From Tubulanus polymorphus (taxonomy: Eukaryota; Animalia; Nemertea), in assembly GCF_964204645.1 (NCBI RefSeq), contig NC_134032.1, positions 868,001-932,000 on the forward strand: a stretch of DNA of 64,000 bases, given 5' to 3'. Shown here one piece after another: positions 49,091 to 62,558 of the stretch. A program made the translations under genes and the position numbers. Each line of letters opens with the position of its first letter. The first letter of the stretch is position 1. Under the pieces are notes generated by a model, which did not search any database, had not been told where the DNA came from, and saw only the letters and a program-made list of their open reading frames with translations.

Positions 49091-51059
49091 TGAACTGATT
49101 CAAATTGTCCTAGAGTCACAGATCCTGTAAGTTACCTCTCACACGCCACACGTCAGCAGGCTCTGCATCTCGAGATCAATTTCTTCCTGCAAGGTTAAAC
49201 GTGAACTCGATTATTACACACCTCGCGATACAAGACCTGAGTAGTATATATTAGACAACTCGAGAAGAACGCCCTACTTTCCCGGTTCCTTGAAACAAAT
49301 CCGTGTTTAATGAATCAGTTTAGTTCAACTGTTTAGATTTATTTTACTATCAATCAATCAATACGCTCTGTTAGGAGCTGAGTTAGAGAGCTACTGTAGT
49401 TAACCTTAGTCTGATTTGTGAACAAATTATATTTTATCGAAGCCAGTGAAAAGAACAACATTCGAATAGATCGTTTAGAACCAATCACACTGACGTCTCC
49501 GGCTTTCCTGGAACCAGGGCAGGTTCAAATCCCAGAAAAAAGGCCATTTTCAAGGGGCACACAGGAGCCTCGAAGCCCCTAAGAGGGTCGGGGAATTTTT
49601 CGAATTTTAAAAGCCTCAGTCGCTAGAAGCCGTTTCCTGCATTCTGAACCTTGGAATATGAACAAGTTACTCACCACTTACACCGCTATTGTCTGTGTCT
49701 CCGTCAGAAAACTTTTAAACTGAAGCACCCCGAGGAGGATGATCATTCTGTATCGCTTGCTGATTGTGAACAGTATTGAGATCATTTGCCGGTTGTATCA
49801 GAAGTGTAATAGGATCAGCAATATGATTTGGCTGTGGTCGATTGTCAGATGATTGTGGAATTGGATTATCGAAACATCAGACGATTGTGGAATTGGATCA
49901 TCAACATGATTTGGCTGTGGTCGGTTGTCAGATGATTCTTAACTGAAATTATAAATAAACTAGAATTGTAAAAAAATCTTTGAAGTTAGGCTAAAAAGAA
50001 AATTGATACCTTGTTTCTCTGCTCTACTGAGCAGATAACTTGACCCGGCCGGCCGCCTATCTACCCTGTACATTACTTTTTTTTTGAAATTGTGATTTTA
50101 CCATCCAGCCGCTATAGAAATGAACTGTTTACATATTTTACAAAAATGACCCGACCGCTGTGGAGAAATATTAAGGTGCTATCATTTTTGTTTAGCCTCA
50201 TCTAAAAAAACCGATTCATGTAATTTCATTCGAAAGTAAGGGGAATCTTTTAATAAGAAAGGCAATTGACCGGGATGAATTACTACCTAAAGACCCTGTA
50301 TTAATGGACGACACATATCGACAATCAGAAGGTTTAGGATCTTAAAATCTAAATACTGAAGACAGCATGATTTTATTTTGTAATTTTCCGCAATGTGAAT
50401 GTCAGTAAAACGGCTGCTGCAGAAAGAGGCGTCTAATGGGATGAATTGAGGCAAAACTAGAGGCGCGTGATGGGACAGTGAGCCTCACGAGGGGAACTTT
50501 CCAGAAGTGACAACTTTGAAGGGAATATAAATCAGTGTTGAAACTAAGCTTAAAACAAAACAAATGCATTATCATTTAGTTATTATTATTAGTATTAATA
50601 TTATTGCCAGGTTTATGTTTCTAAACTGATTAATGTCATGAAGATGCTATTATGAATTTAAGAGGCCAAGTTTGATTTTCAGCTATTCTCTTTATGAAAT
50701 TGATAACAGATAAAATGGTATTTTTCATCGGAATTTAAATCAATTTGCGATCTAGCCTAAACTTTGCCCGCGAGTGCTACGAATGTAATGATCTTTACAT
50801 TTTTAGTCTATCTCCACGAGTTCAGGAGATATTGAAGTTTGTTTCTATGAAATATTGCCTTCTTAAGATCATTATTGTATTGAAACGTGAAGTCGACACT
50901 TTTCGCCGAAATTTTCAAACTTCAGATCGCGATATCTCGAAAACTACCGAAGATATTTCAAAAATGTGAAAAGCATATCGTTATTCGAGCCCACCCTGTT
51001 CTGACTAGTTTTATTTCGGTAAGATTGGAGCTATCTGAATTTTTTACAGAGGCTAGAAC

Positions 51060-52215
51060 CACAGGGGCTCGTTACGATAGCTGGGGGTCCAAAATCAAAG
51101 ATTTGACCCAGTATCCTAGGTACCACCTATAAAAAAAGAAAAGGGAGCTAACATTTTGACATACAAGAATTGACCTTCTCATTTCAACCCCTCATAACTT
51201 CGTAACCGATCGACCGATTTACACGAAATTAGATTCGTTTCATTCCCAAGAGGTGCCTTTTTCGTTTGAGACCTTCCCCGATGAAATCGGACCGGAGACG
51301 CCCGAGAAATCACGACTCAAATCCGAAAAAACGGGTCAAAATATCCAAAGCCGGAATTACTAGGACGGCTTGAAGTGCTCAATTTCCGACGAAAAACGAT
51401 GATTTGACGCGGTTCCCGGACGTTAATCTTCACATATCATACATCGCTGGAAAGCTTATGAACTGACCTTATTGAAAGACGCGTTTATTTGATAATCCGT
51501 TCCGATACCCGCGACTGGCGAGCTGATAATCCAGATTGATGCGATAAATACGATTTCCAAGTGTATTCCGGCCGCCATTAACTGCGTGACGTCATGAGAA
51601 ATCCCAGCATGCAACGCTAGATAATTGACATATTCAGTCGACCAATCACGTATCGCGAATTTATCAGTCCTCAGAGCCCGTGACGTCACACCCTCAATGG
51701 CGGTTCAGTGACGCTTAAAGTGCGTATTTATCGGTTCGGTGCGTATTATCACCTCGCTTGTCGCCGGTTTCGGAACGGATTATCAAATAAACGCATTTTT
51801 CAATAAGGTCAGTTCATAAGCTTTCCAGCGATGTATGATATGTGAAGATTAACGTCCGGGAACCGCGTCAACTCATCGTTTTTCGTCGGGAATCGACTAC
51901 TCCGAGACGTCCTAGTAATTCCGGCTTTGGCTATTTTGACTCGTTTTTTCGGATTTGAGTCGTGATTTCTCGGGTGTCTCTTATCCGATTTTGTCGCGGA
52001 AGATCTCAAACGAAAAAGTAACCTCTTAGGAATGAAACGAAACCAATTTCGAGCGAATCGGTCGATGGGTTACGAAGTTATGAGCGATTGAAATGAGAAG
52101 GTCAATTCTTGTATGTCAAAATGTTAGCTCCCTTTTCTTTTTTTATAGGTGGTACCTAGGATACTGGGTCAAATCTTTGATTTTGGACCCCCAGCTATCG
52201 TAACGAGCCCCTGTG
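51060..52215. mobile_element. Foldback non-autonomous DNA transposon (CA termini, 8-bp TSD; P-element-like)
   Basis: GCTAGAAC|CACAGGGGCTCG...CGAGCCCCTGTG|GCTAGAAC; ~465-bp inverted arms, outer ~128 bp perfect. Confidence 0.9.
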
Positions 52216-52855
52216 GCTAGAACAGAGACCAGCAATTAGTCTAGAAAATCAAAATCTATCGTTTATTTTATCATCACTAAACGATGACGCAATATTACTA
52301 GTGACACCTAGCGGATTCAACAGAAGTCAGCGGCTCTGACAGTTCTATGAATAGTCTATATGTACACGTGGCGATTTGAACACAGACTACACTGGACATT
52401 AAAATAGTGGATAAAAAGCGTCTTTCTTGCAAAATTGACGGGGAAAATGCTGATGTTTTTACATGTCGCTGTTGCATCGACTTGTTCCTTGTCTCATGCC
52501 GAAGCGAGCGGTCTTTAGTCGGCAGTTTTTATCTGAAAATCATGATTTTATGCGCAGCGACACAGAAACAAAACAAATCGGCGCCATCCATTTCCGACTG
52601 GTTGCCTGATGACCCATCCAATGAAGTTCTAGACTGGTTACCGGTCTCTATAGAATTAGACTGGTCGCCGGTCCTAACTTTCGAGCCGCGAGTGGTACTG
52701 GTTTCGATCATATCTTTTCCCGTAGATCAGTAAACGCAACTTCAATCCTTCAAATGTATTTAAATTAACTCTAATATCAGGATCTCGTGTGTTAATTAAT
52801 TCACTTTATTTAATTTCGCTCTGATCTAGGTAGAATTCATGTTAAATGTTGTGAA

Positions 52856-54864
52856 CTATGGAAGACCTCAGACGACATACAAGATATGAGATATAACATA
52901 CGAGATATGAGATGCAACATACGAGATACGACATATGACATACGAGATACGACTTATTTACAGTATGGGTGTCCGTCCGCTAGCGCCACCGCAGTGTATG
53001 TTTTTTCAATATTTACTGCATATAAATCGTTTAACATGGTGACGCGTACAGTCATCGTCAATTATATGAAAACCAACATAGTCAACATTTTATTCAAACC
53101 AGAAATAGATTTCTTTTGGATAATGGACACCTGGACCGGACACAACGATATTAGGCCATACTGTGAACACCCTGGACTAGGCGCGCCGCCGGCCGTTCCT
53201 CTCCCGCGGGCGACGAAAAGTTTTTCAAATCACAAAACTAAAAAGATATCAAACTGTTCAAGTTCATAATATTATGCTATTTCTTGTCTTCCTTTGGTCT
53301 TAAAACGGCCTGGTGTTCAGGAGCCGGGGTTCCGGTTACTCAATGCCTGCAGAAAAAATAACTACTGTTCACCGCCCGCCGTAACCGCCTGCTTTTCTGC
53401 ATCAGAAATCAAAATTCTAAAAAAAACTCCGCAGCCGGAAATCCCGGCCCCCTTGTACCCCTCATCCGCTGTTTGACACCCCTGCCTGAGTTCTTGAATC
53501 CCAAACAACCTGGGAACCCGTACATCGCCCTGGTATCCAGATTAAGAACTCCCGTGCTCTCTCTCAAGGTTTGAAATCCCCAGCTAAATTCCATCCCTAT
53601 CGAGCTACTGGGGCAGACTGGTGAGTCCACTAGACCAGCCATTGAGAGTCGAGACTGGCCAGTTTTCGCTAACCGCCAGGGCAGTATGCGGTACTGTCTT
53701 TCTGAAGCCATAGTCTGGGGTCCTCCCCTGAAAATTTGTTCAATTTAGGTACTTGTGTATTCTGAGTGCTTTTTGGCTATCTTTCTTTTCTGACATCTTT
53801 CATGAAAAGGGCCAATGGCTGAATCTGAATAACTTTCATAATCGGAGAATCCAATTTAAGATCATTCTTATCAATTGTCATGGTCAGTTTTAAAACTGTT
53901 TATTGACAAAAGTACAGGACCCACATGAATAAGTCTTCAGCAAAACACAACAGCTCTTACATTTGTAAAGATAAGAGATCCATGGAAATATCAAGTAACA
54001 TTTCTTTAGACCGGGGAATTAGCGGAACACCGGAACGTTGCTCGTATGGTGCGTTTGCACCCGTCGCAAAAAACGTCGTGATAAATGAAATCAGCTGGAC
54101 TAGGGCCAGGAGCTGAGAGTGATACAATGGAACTCCATTCTGATATTTAATGAATAATTCATTCAATAGATCTATGTTATCTTTAGTATTTTTAATTCAT
54201 GTCCATGTTTCAATTCATTCGTTGAAATCATAGTACACTAAACACAGATTCCGCGTGTGTCGGACTTTTTTTTAACTCTTTGGTCATCGGCATTCGTAAT
54301 ATACATACATCTTTCATTTTTCATCGAAAACCCTCGATCGAACGCGAAGTTTAAACCCTTGACTAGGCGCAATTCTTAGTGACCACCAATTTGAAGGGGC
54401 CATGGCTAACTCTTTTTGAGGGATTTTTGTACACTCAAAAATGGAATTTGAGGCGTTTTTGGTGGATTTAGGGGCTGTAGCCCCGTATTTGGAGCCAACT
54501 CGAATCACCGGACCATCGGTGTCTCACACTACTAAGAGTGGCCGCCCACTGATGTCACAGCGAGAAGCCGGTCCCCGGGAGTGGTTGATCGAATATTTTT
54601 AAATATTTTTCGTTTCAAATGAAACGTTTTTCGCATATTGATATTCATAGTTAATGTATACGCCACTGCCTGCGCACGTGTCGTAGTATACGCCGCAACG
54701 CCGAGTAGATGTTGAAAAATATACACTGCGGTGGCGCTAGCGGACGGACACCCGTACTGTAAATAAGTCGTATCTCGTATGTCATATGTCGTATCTCGTA
54801 TGTTGCATCTCATATCTCGTATGTTATATCTCATATCTCGTATGTCGTCTGAGGTCTTCCATAG
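52856..54864. mobile_element. 2-kb non-autonomous TIR transposon, ~150-bp TIRs, 4-bp TSD TGAA
   Basis: TGAA|CTATGGAAGACCTCAGACGACATAC...GTATGTCGTCTGAGGTCTTCCATAG|TGAA; no transposase ORF. Confidence 0.85.
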
Positions 54865-54980
54865 TGAACAGTGATTCACCACTATGAAACTCGTTCTCAC
54901 ATCCGCCTCATATCTTGACTGTCTGGTGCTGCCCGTGCAAATAACGACAGCGGGGAAAACGCGAACTAACGTAATACTCA

Positions 54981-55205
54981 GATAATAAGATAAAATCCCA
55001 CTATTACAGATTAAAAGAATTTAAAAACCAGAATTTATTTATTCAATCAAAAATATATAAAAGACACGACGTTTCGATCTCACCCTAGAGATCATCGTCA
55101 GGTGACGGTCGTCAATTCTGGTTTTTAAATTCTTTTTAATCTGTAAATAGTGGGATTTCATCTTATTATCCGTTCACCACGTTTGAGTGTGGTTATCGTT
55201 CTATA
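54981..55205. mobile_element. Penelope-like terminal repeat family 2 with a hammerhead motif (55065-55104, minus)
   Basis: CAC-CTGACGA-T-GATCTC-tagggt-GAGATC-GAAAC-GTC-GTG. Confidence 0.65.
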
Positions 55206-55539
55206 ACGTAATACTCGCTTGCCACAAACTTTGAACCTGTCAGCCAGATTAAGCGCCTATACGACAAACGAACTCGTGGTGTTACAGTACATACAGTACC
55301 GCCGCAAGTTTGAGGGGACCCGATACATGCAGCAAGTGCAAGAAATTAGTGGAGGGTCTTTTTCGTCTAAACCTCTCACAAACAACAGCATCACCCTAAC
55401 TCGTGACTAAGATATTTACACTATATACAAGTCTAAACGAGGTCTGTATAGGACATCAACTATGACGCAACGACTATTCGCAGGCAAAACCAAATGGGTA
55501 AAGTGACTTGAGCACTTACCGACAAGTATCTTATAGATT

Positions 55540-55885
55540 TAAGGACGCCCCAAGTTAGGCTATCTCATTGTCTAATACCACTTGGTGTCCCCTGACATGT
55601 TGAAAGTTGAAGGTGATGTTTTGCGACAGCTTATGCAGAAGTTTTTCATGAGTGGATCCACTAAGTAAGACCGAGTATGACGTATTTCGCCGTAACCCGA
55701 GTTTGAGCAACTGGCCCCTGTTGCCTGTAGAGGGCGATGATAACAGCGGTAAGTTCCCCCCTGTTATTTGTAGGAGAAAAAACGGGTCCGTTTGAGTTGA
55801 GAGTTTTGCGGCCCCAATCAATACCAAAACCGGCTTTGATTCCCCGTTTCTAATACATAAGCCGTCGGTGTAAATTTCAGAAATG
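55540..55885 (-). mobile_element. Degenerate retroelement RNase H fragment
   Basis: EIYTDG, (frameshift) AGFGIDWG, FQHVRGH, NEIA motifs with stop/frameshifts. Confidence 0.6.
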
Positions 55886-56931
55886 TCTTCAGGAAATGTA
55901 TCGAGGATATCGAATGAAGTTTGGTTGACCGGAAATTTGTTCGGGTCGGATTCGCTTGTTTACCGAAGCAGATCCGCTTGATGAAAACGTTGAGGTTTTT
56001 CTGTTCACAGGCTTCTGTAAATCGATATTTTTTGTATGGGCATTGTCAAACAAATCGGAGCACGTTTTCGGGTAATAGACCTTTAGACTGTTAAAACCAG
56101 TTTTTTTGAAAGCATTTATTTAGCGACTAGTGACTCAAATTGTTCGTGAACGAGCTATCGATTTGTGCCAGTTTGCCACGTCGAACGTTATTATCAATTA
56201 TCAAATTATCAAAGGTCACCGATAATGTGCTTTCAACAGCGTGATTTGCAGTGTCTATCCTCTAGATATTACCCGTTTGATATCCGACATTTGCAGTGAA
56301 CTTTACACTTATAAATAAAAACGTTAATATTTCTTAAAATGGTACGTTTTATAACACGATATTTAAAAGATTCAACCGTGGGGCCTTCGTTGTATGTTTG
56401 CCGGAAGAGCATTTACAAGCGTGGGACACAGATATTAAAAGCACAGTCGCCAAAAGAACGGTTTGAGACAGGAGGTAATTAATTAGACGGGTGCTATCCT
56501 GACTAGAACGAAGAGCCCGTAATTAAGGCTTATAAACTGCACGCCATAACATAAGATAAACAAAAGTAAAACCATGCAAACACTTATAAGAAGAATTTTG
56601 AAATGAACACGGGCGGAAATTAGAAGCCAATGAAGCGTAACCAAAGCTGCAGTAACATGGACACATTTTTTAGTTTTTATGATGAGGCGAGCTGCGTTGT
56701 TTCGGACTAACTGCAGACGATGAATTCGGGTTGTATTTGCACCAATGAGAAGAGAATCTGCCTAGTCCTAAAAACAAATATTAGATGATGCATTTTACCA
56801 TTAGAGTACAAATGAAACTTGACAGTTCTACGAAAGGAATTAAAACGTGATCTGTTAGAGAAAGGTTTTCATTTCTAATTTTGTATCATGGAAAAATTGC
56901 GCTCAGCAAATAGTAAGACGAAGATTAATAT

Positions 56932-57582
56932 CAGTTCTCAGTGTTATAGATTGTATTCCGGTCATCAGTCCTCAGTGTTATAGATTGTATTCCGGTCACC
57001 AGTCCTCAGTGTTATAGATTGTATTCCGGTCACCAGTCCTCAGTGTTATAGATTGTATTCCGGTCACCAGTCCTCAGTGTTATAGATTGTATTCTGGTCA
57101 CCAGTCCTCAGTGTTATAGATTGTATTCCAGCCACCAGTTCTCAGAGTTATAGATTGTATTCCAGCCACCAGTTCTCAGAGTTAATTGTATTAAGGCCGC
57201 CAGTCCACAGGGTTATAGATTGTATTCCAGCCACCAGTCCTCAGTTTTATAGATTGTATTCCGGTCACCAGTCCTCAGTGTTATAGATTGTATTCCGGTC
57301 ACCAGTCCTCAGTGTTATAGATTGTATTCCAGCCACCAGTTCTCAGAGTTAATTGTATTAAGGCCGCCAGTCCACAGGGTTATAGATTGTATTTGGGCCA
57401 CCAGTCCACAGGGTTATAGATTGTATTTGGGCCACCAGTCCACAGTGTTATAGATTGTATTCCAGCCACCAGTCCACAGGGTTATAGATTGTATTTGGGC
57501 CACCAGTCCACAGTGTTATAGATTGTATTCCAGCCACCAGTCCTCAGTGTTAATTGTATTAGGGCCGCCAGTCCACAGGGTT
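56932..57582 (+). repeat. 34-bp minisatellite, ~19 copies
   Basis: cagtcctcagtgttatagattgtattccggtcac. Confidence 0.95.
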
Positions 57583-58936
57583 TGAACTATACTTCCATTG
57601 AATGAGTGAACAAACAAATATAGTTTTAAATATGACAGTTTAATCAATATATATATATATATATATATGATCATATATTACTCAAAAATGTGTTTTGCTT
57701 TTATTCTATGTATATCTTTTAATCTGTTTTATCGATACGAATAAAGATATTAAAATCGAGATTATCATAATATCGAAAATAGAAACATGTCTTTAAACTC
57801 TTAATAGGTTATAAACACTACGGATGTACATACAATTTCATCATAGCTTTAAGCCACGCAAAGAAATACCATTGTTTCTCATCAGTCCTTTTTGGAAAAG
57901 TGACGAGGGCGGCAGCACTAGTCGATAGTAGCTTCGTCAGATAAATGGGTTCAAATCCTCCCCAGCTCTCTTTCCTGGGCGCGTCTTGCTGCTCGTGGGC
58001 GGCGTCTAAATTCTACACATTTCACAATGTTAATAAGATAAAAATCCACTATCTGATCGGAATAAATCGTGAGTATAGCACCGTAAATCATGGAAGCACT
58101 ATTTTGATATTCTATGTACAGATATAACTCTTCAGTATAATAGGCCTACTTATATTAATAACTAGAAATAAAAATATAATATATGCTTAGGCAAAACAAT
58201 ACCTCGTTTCTCCTAATCGGCCGGGTCGCTTTTGAAAACTGCAATATTTTTTATCAGATCATTTCAATATTGTCGAGTCTGTTTTTATTGTTAACTTGAT
58301 CATGATTACAATTTAAATGAAATGTACAGGGTACATAGGTGGAAGGGCCGGGTCACTTTTTTAAGCTCAGCCGAAAATGAGAAACAAGGTATCCATTTTT
58401 GTTAGCCTAAATATCACTCACTTTTTCATTTCATATCATGTCGAATATAATGTAGTCTGATTGCTTGGTTCCTACAGTTAGGCCTAAATCAGTTGAAAAT
58501 TCCCAAGATTTTCACGGGTGATTTTTCAATTTTTCCAAAAAAGAAGTGAAAGTACCAAGCACATGATTCTTTTGTCCAAGAGGTACAACAGAATCTCAGC
58601 ACACAGTTTGTATCATTCATACTAAGTATAATGAGCTGGCGAAAGATGGTGTGTGTCAAAGGCCGAGGCCGTATTTTGGAGTTTTCAATGACTTTCAGGT
58701 ATTTTGCTCAAATTCAAGGACCTTGAAAAACGTTTTTGGTTAAGAAATTTTCACGGAATCAAGGTTTCATTCTTCATTTTCCTTAACGTTGGGAGTAGAT
58801 AGGGCAAGCCCAAAACTGTATTCCTCTTCGACAAATTCAGTTAGTATCTCAGGTAGTTCGTCATAACCCCAATTAATCCCCAAACACTACCAGGCCTGTT
58901 AATGCAATTCAATCCTGAATTTAAGTAGCATCTCGA

Positions 58937-61900
58937 TTAAGATTTACGAGCAAAATACAAATCTTTCCTCAATGTGGTAACAACACACGGCATTTGTTTT
59001 TCTCTTCGCGCCGTTCCGAATTCATCCGCAACTTTACGCTGGACTCGTGTCAACATTCTTAGGAGGTCCAACGAACGATGATGTTCCTTCAAAACTTTAC
59101 ACAGGGTTTGTATAAACCATGATCCTTCCCCTGCATTCCTCCAGGAAACGTAACCTATGGAAAATAGCGAAACAATTGTGGTTCAAAAATGAAATAGGGG
59201 GTGAGGTTATAGGCCTACATAAATCTATTTAGAAATTTCCTTATTGGAAATGATGTTATTGGTATTTTTTAAGGCTTTGACAATGCGGTAAAAAATAGAC
59301 CCGGATACCAAAGATTTTTGATATTAATACAAAATTTTCTAACCCGCGGTTTCAATAGGTTTTTACCGATCTGAAGCAGATACATAACTCTTACCTGGAA
59401 CGGTTGCGTAGGCGATCAGGACATCAGCTTCATTCGGAATTCTCAAACCTTCATTACCATCAATTTGCTCAGAATCAGTGAATAATACACCTTGCTCTCG
59501 AAGCAGTCCCCGACAAGCCTGTCAATCAGAATATTACCAAAAATCAAAGTATGGTGCTCTTGAATAGTTTAGGTTTGGGTATCGCAAGGGGACAGTGGAG
59601 AGTAAGATATGATCCCCCGAACCCGAGAGACACGATTAGTTCATATTTATTCACTTCTCCACAACTTACACAAAACAACCTTTGATAGCATTTCATGAAT
59701 ATCAAAAATACACTAAAGAAGAGATACACGATGCAAATATACTACTGTGCATCCCTACGTCGATTACAATGGTAATGTTTATTCTATGAACCGCGTTCCA
59801 TATTTTTCCATACATAAACTATTTGTCCAGGGACACCACGCTAAAGCAAAAGTCCATAAGAATGTGTAAAAAATGCTCGTTTGACAAAAAGGGCTGACAT
59901 CGGCCATCTTGATTCTGACCTGGCCAGTTTTTGGGCTGAAGATGTGTCCTGGGTAGATACATGTATAAACCAAATATCAAGACATTACCTTGAATCGTCT
60001 TCAAAACTTCCCAAAATAACTGGATTCTATTAACGGAAGAAAAATGATTGCAATGGCAAACTGAGATTTAAGTCTCAAGTGGGCTTAAAATTTTCGAAAT
60101 TGTCAATTTCTCAAAATTCAAAAAGTTTTCGCGGACTCTTGGGAAATTAGCTGAAATTCATTTTTGGAGTTATCGAGGACACAAGGAATCGTAGCGAGCC
60201 ATCGTAACTTCCTGAATACTGTTTACCTGAATAAAGAATAGTTTTGGTTTTCCAGCTAAAGCTTCACACGCATCACCTTTGAATGGTTTGACTAGTTCTT
60301 CAACATGAACAGTGTTACCATCAGTTCCAATAACTTTGTCACCCTTTTGCACAGTGTTTAAATCGGTTAATTCCAATTTCGCATTAGAATCATATCCACA
60401 AATGGGTACAATATATCCTTTGAAACTAGCGATTCATGGATACTACGAGCCACTTTATCCACCCTGTCCATTATTACTCTTCCAAGTAATACTAGTAAGG
60501 GTGGAAGCAGATGGCTTGAGGAGTAATAGTCAGGGTGGATACAGGTGGCTTGAGGAGTAATAGTCAGGGTGGATACAGGTGGATTGAGGAGTAATAGTCA
60601 GGGTGGATACAGGTGGATTGAGGAGTAATAGTCAGGGTGGAAGCAGATGGCTGGAGGAGTAATAGTCAGGGTGGATACGGGTGGATTGAGGAGTAATAGT
60701 CAGGGTGGATACTGGTGGATTGAGGAGTAATAGTCAGGGTGGATACTGGTGGATTGAGGAGTTATAGTCAGGGTGGATACAGGTGGATTGATGAGTAATA
60801 GTTAGGGTGGATACAGGTGGATTGAGGAGTAATAGTCAGGGTGGATACAAGTGGATTGAGGAGTAATCGTCAGGGTGGATACAGGTGGATTGAGGAGTAA
60901 TAGTCAGGGTGGATACAGGTGGATTGAGGAGTAATAGTCAGGGTGGATACAAGTGGATTGAGGAGTAATAGTCAGGGTGGATACAGGTGGATTGAGGAGT
61001 AATAGTCAGGATGGATACAAGTGGATTGAGGAGTAATAGTCAGGGTGGATACAGGTGGATTGAGGAGTAATAGTCAGGGTGGATACAAGTGGATTGAGGA
61101 GTAATAGTCAGGGTGGATACAAGTGGATTGAGGAGTAATTGTCAGGGTGGATACAGGTGGATTGAGGAGTAATAGTCAGGGTGGATACAGGTGGATTGAG
61201 GAGTAATAGTCAGGGTGGATACAGGTGGACTAATACACCGCAGTGCTGTGTATTAGCCAAACCCCAATTCATGTAGACAAACTGATGGGTCCAATTGGAA
61301 ACCTCTCGTTCATTCTAGGAACCATTTTCGACCGGGGTCCGACCCTACGCGCTGACCTACTAGGTACTGATCTAGCCTAATTGTGGACTCGCTGAAAGTT
61401 GAAATAGTCGAACTCTTTCTTATACTTGCCGTCACGCATTTTCGATTTCATTTCCTCCGCAGTCAAATTCTCATGGACGACAACTTCGAAGCCTAAATCA
61501 CTAAACACCTCGCTTAAAGACTCCACATCAAACTCGGTGCCAATCCGATTTTTGCTGGTGTCAAATTCCTTATTTGATATAATAAGAGCGAGGCCTCGTT
61601 GTACATGATTCATATAGTATTGATCTATTCCACCCGATTCACACACATTCCCTCTGACATCTGGAGCTGGTTCCACAGTGTCTATATTGTAGAATCTCAA
61701 TGAGTACTGATTATCACTGGGATCATCACTGTAATCCCAGTGATTGATAACTACAGCGTTACTGTTAAACACGTGATGTATGTCACCTGTCCTACTGTCT
61801 GTAGAGTTCAGTATTATACGCGGGTGATCTATAAACCCCACATCATTATATCTGATACTAATAACAGCACCTCTTTTACCAGTATCAGAGTTCAACGATA

Positions 61901-62558
61901 GCAATACTTGATTATCATTAATGACACACGGGGATCCCATACATGGATTAAATGTTAAGTCGCAATCTTTCATCCAGATCAAACCAATCCGTTCTGCTTC
62001 TGGTGTTAGATACAATAATCTGTGTGTATGCATACAGTAGAGAAACATCCGTCCCTTTGAATCGACATCTAAACAGTTGATATATTTGTAATCTCCATCC
62101 GGGAGCTGATATTTCTTCACTCGGTTTCTATCAATCAATTTGTTTACAGGGTTTTCTATTAAACGTAAAACATGAACGTCACTAAATAACTGTATATAGA
62201 TATTGTGATCACGGATCACTAAGGATACACAGCCTCCAGGCAGGAGATTGATATTTTCTTCGAGGAGTTTTCTCTGATTTTTATATTTTCTCAGGATGTA
62301 TTCACTGTTTTTCCACGCGAGTACATTCAGAAACCCGTTACCATCAGCAGCGAGTCCATGTATCCAACCATCAATCTCTATGTATCTCTGTTTATTATCA
62401 CCATTCACACTATATATATAATCAATGGAGTTATACTGCGCACATATAACACGTGACTGTTCACCCACGTGTTCACCGGGTATTGACGTCATCAGTTCGG
62501 GTCTGAAGTCTGTATCTACCTGTTTATTCAGCGTCAATGAATCGATTTTCGCTTCCAT
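58937..62558 (-). CDS. Caspase-3/7-like protein with an N-terminal beta-propeller-like region; catalytic His segment absent (inactive caspase or disrupted allele)
   Basis: Exons 62558-61430 (...[19 protein letters not shown]...R.GT.FDV..L..VF..LGFEV), ~60343-60227 (GDKVIGTDG...[11 protein letters not shown]), 59518-59395 (ACRG...[16 protein letters not shown]), 59154-58937 (YVSWRN...GSWFIQTLC...KQMPC...LRKDLYF, TAA). Confidence 0.85.
60495..61230 (+). repeat. 34-bp G-rich minisatellite, ~21 copies, inside caspase intron 1, bordered by a short hairpin
   Basis: gggtggatacaggtggattgaggagtaatagtca; hairpin CTAATACAC...GTGTATTAG at 61230-61256. Confidence 0.95.

Noticed and set aside
47780-49945. 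Minus-strand exon-like segments (47780-47893, 49675-49943) with good splice signals
   Set aside because: Stops or frameshifts in the frames I tried and no recognisable domain; may be lncRNA or a decayed gene, not supportable here.
52886-54900. Mirror ORFs MRYNIRDMRCN... on both strands
   Set aside because: They are the two TIRs of the 2-kb element.
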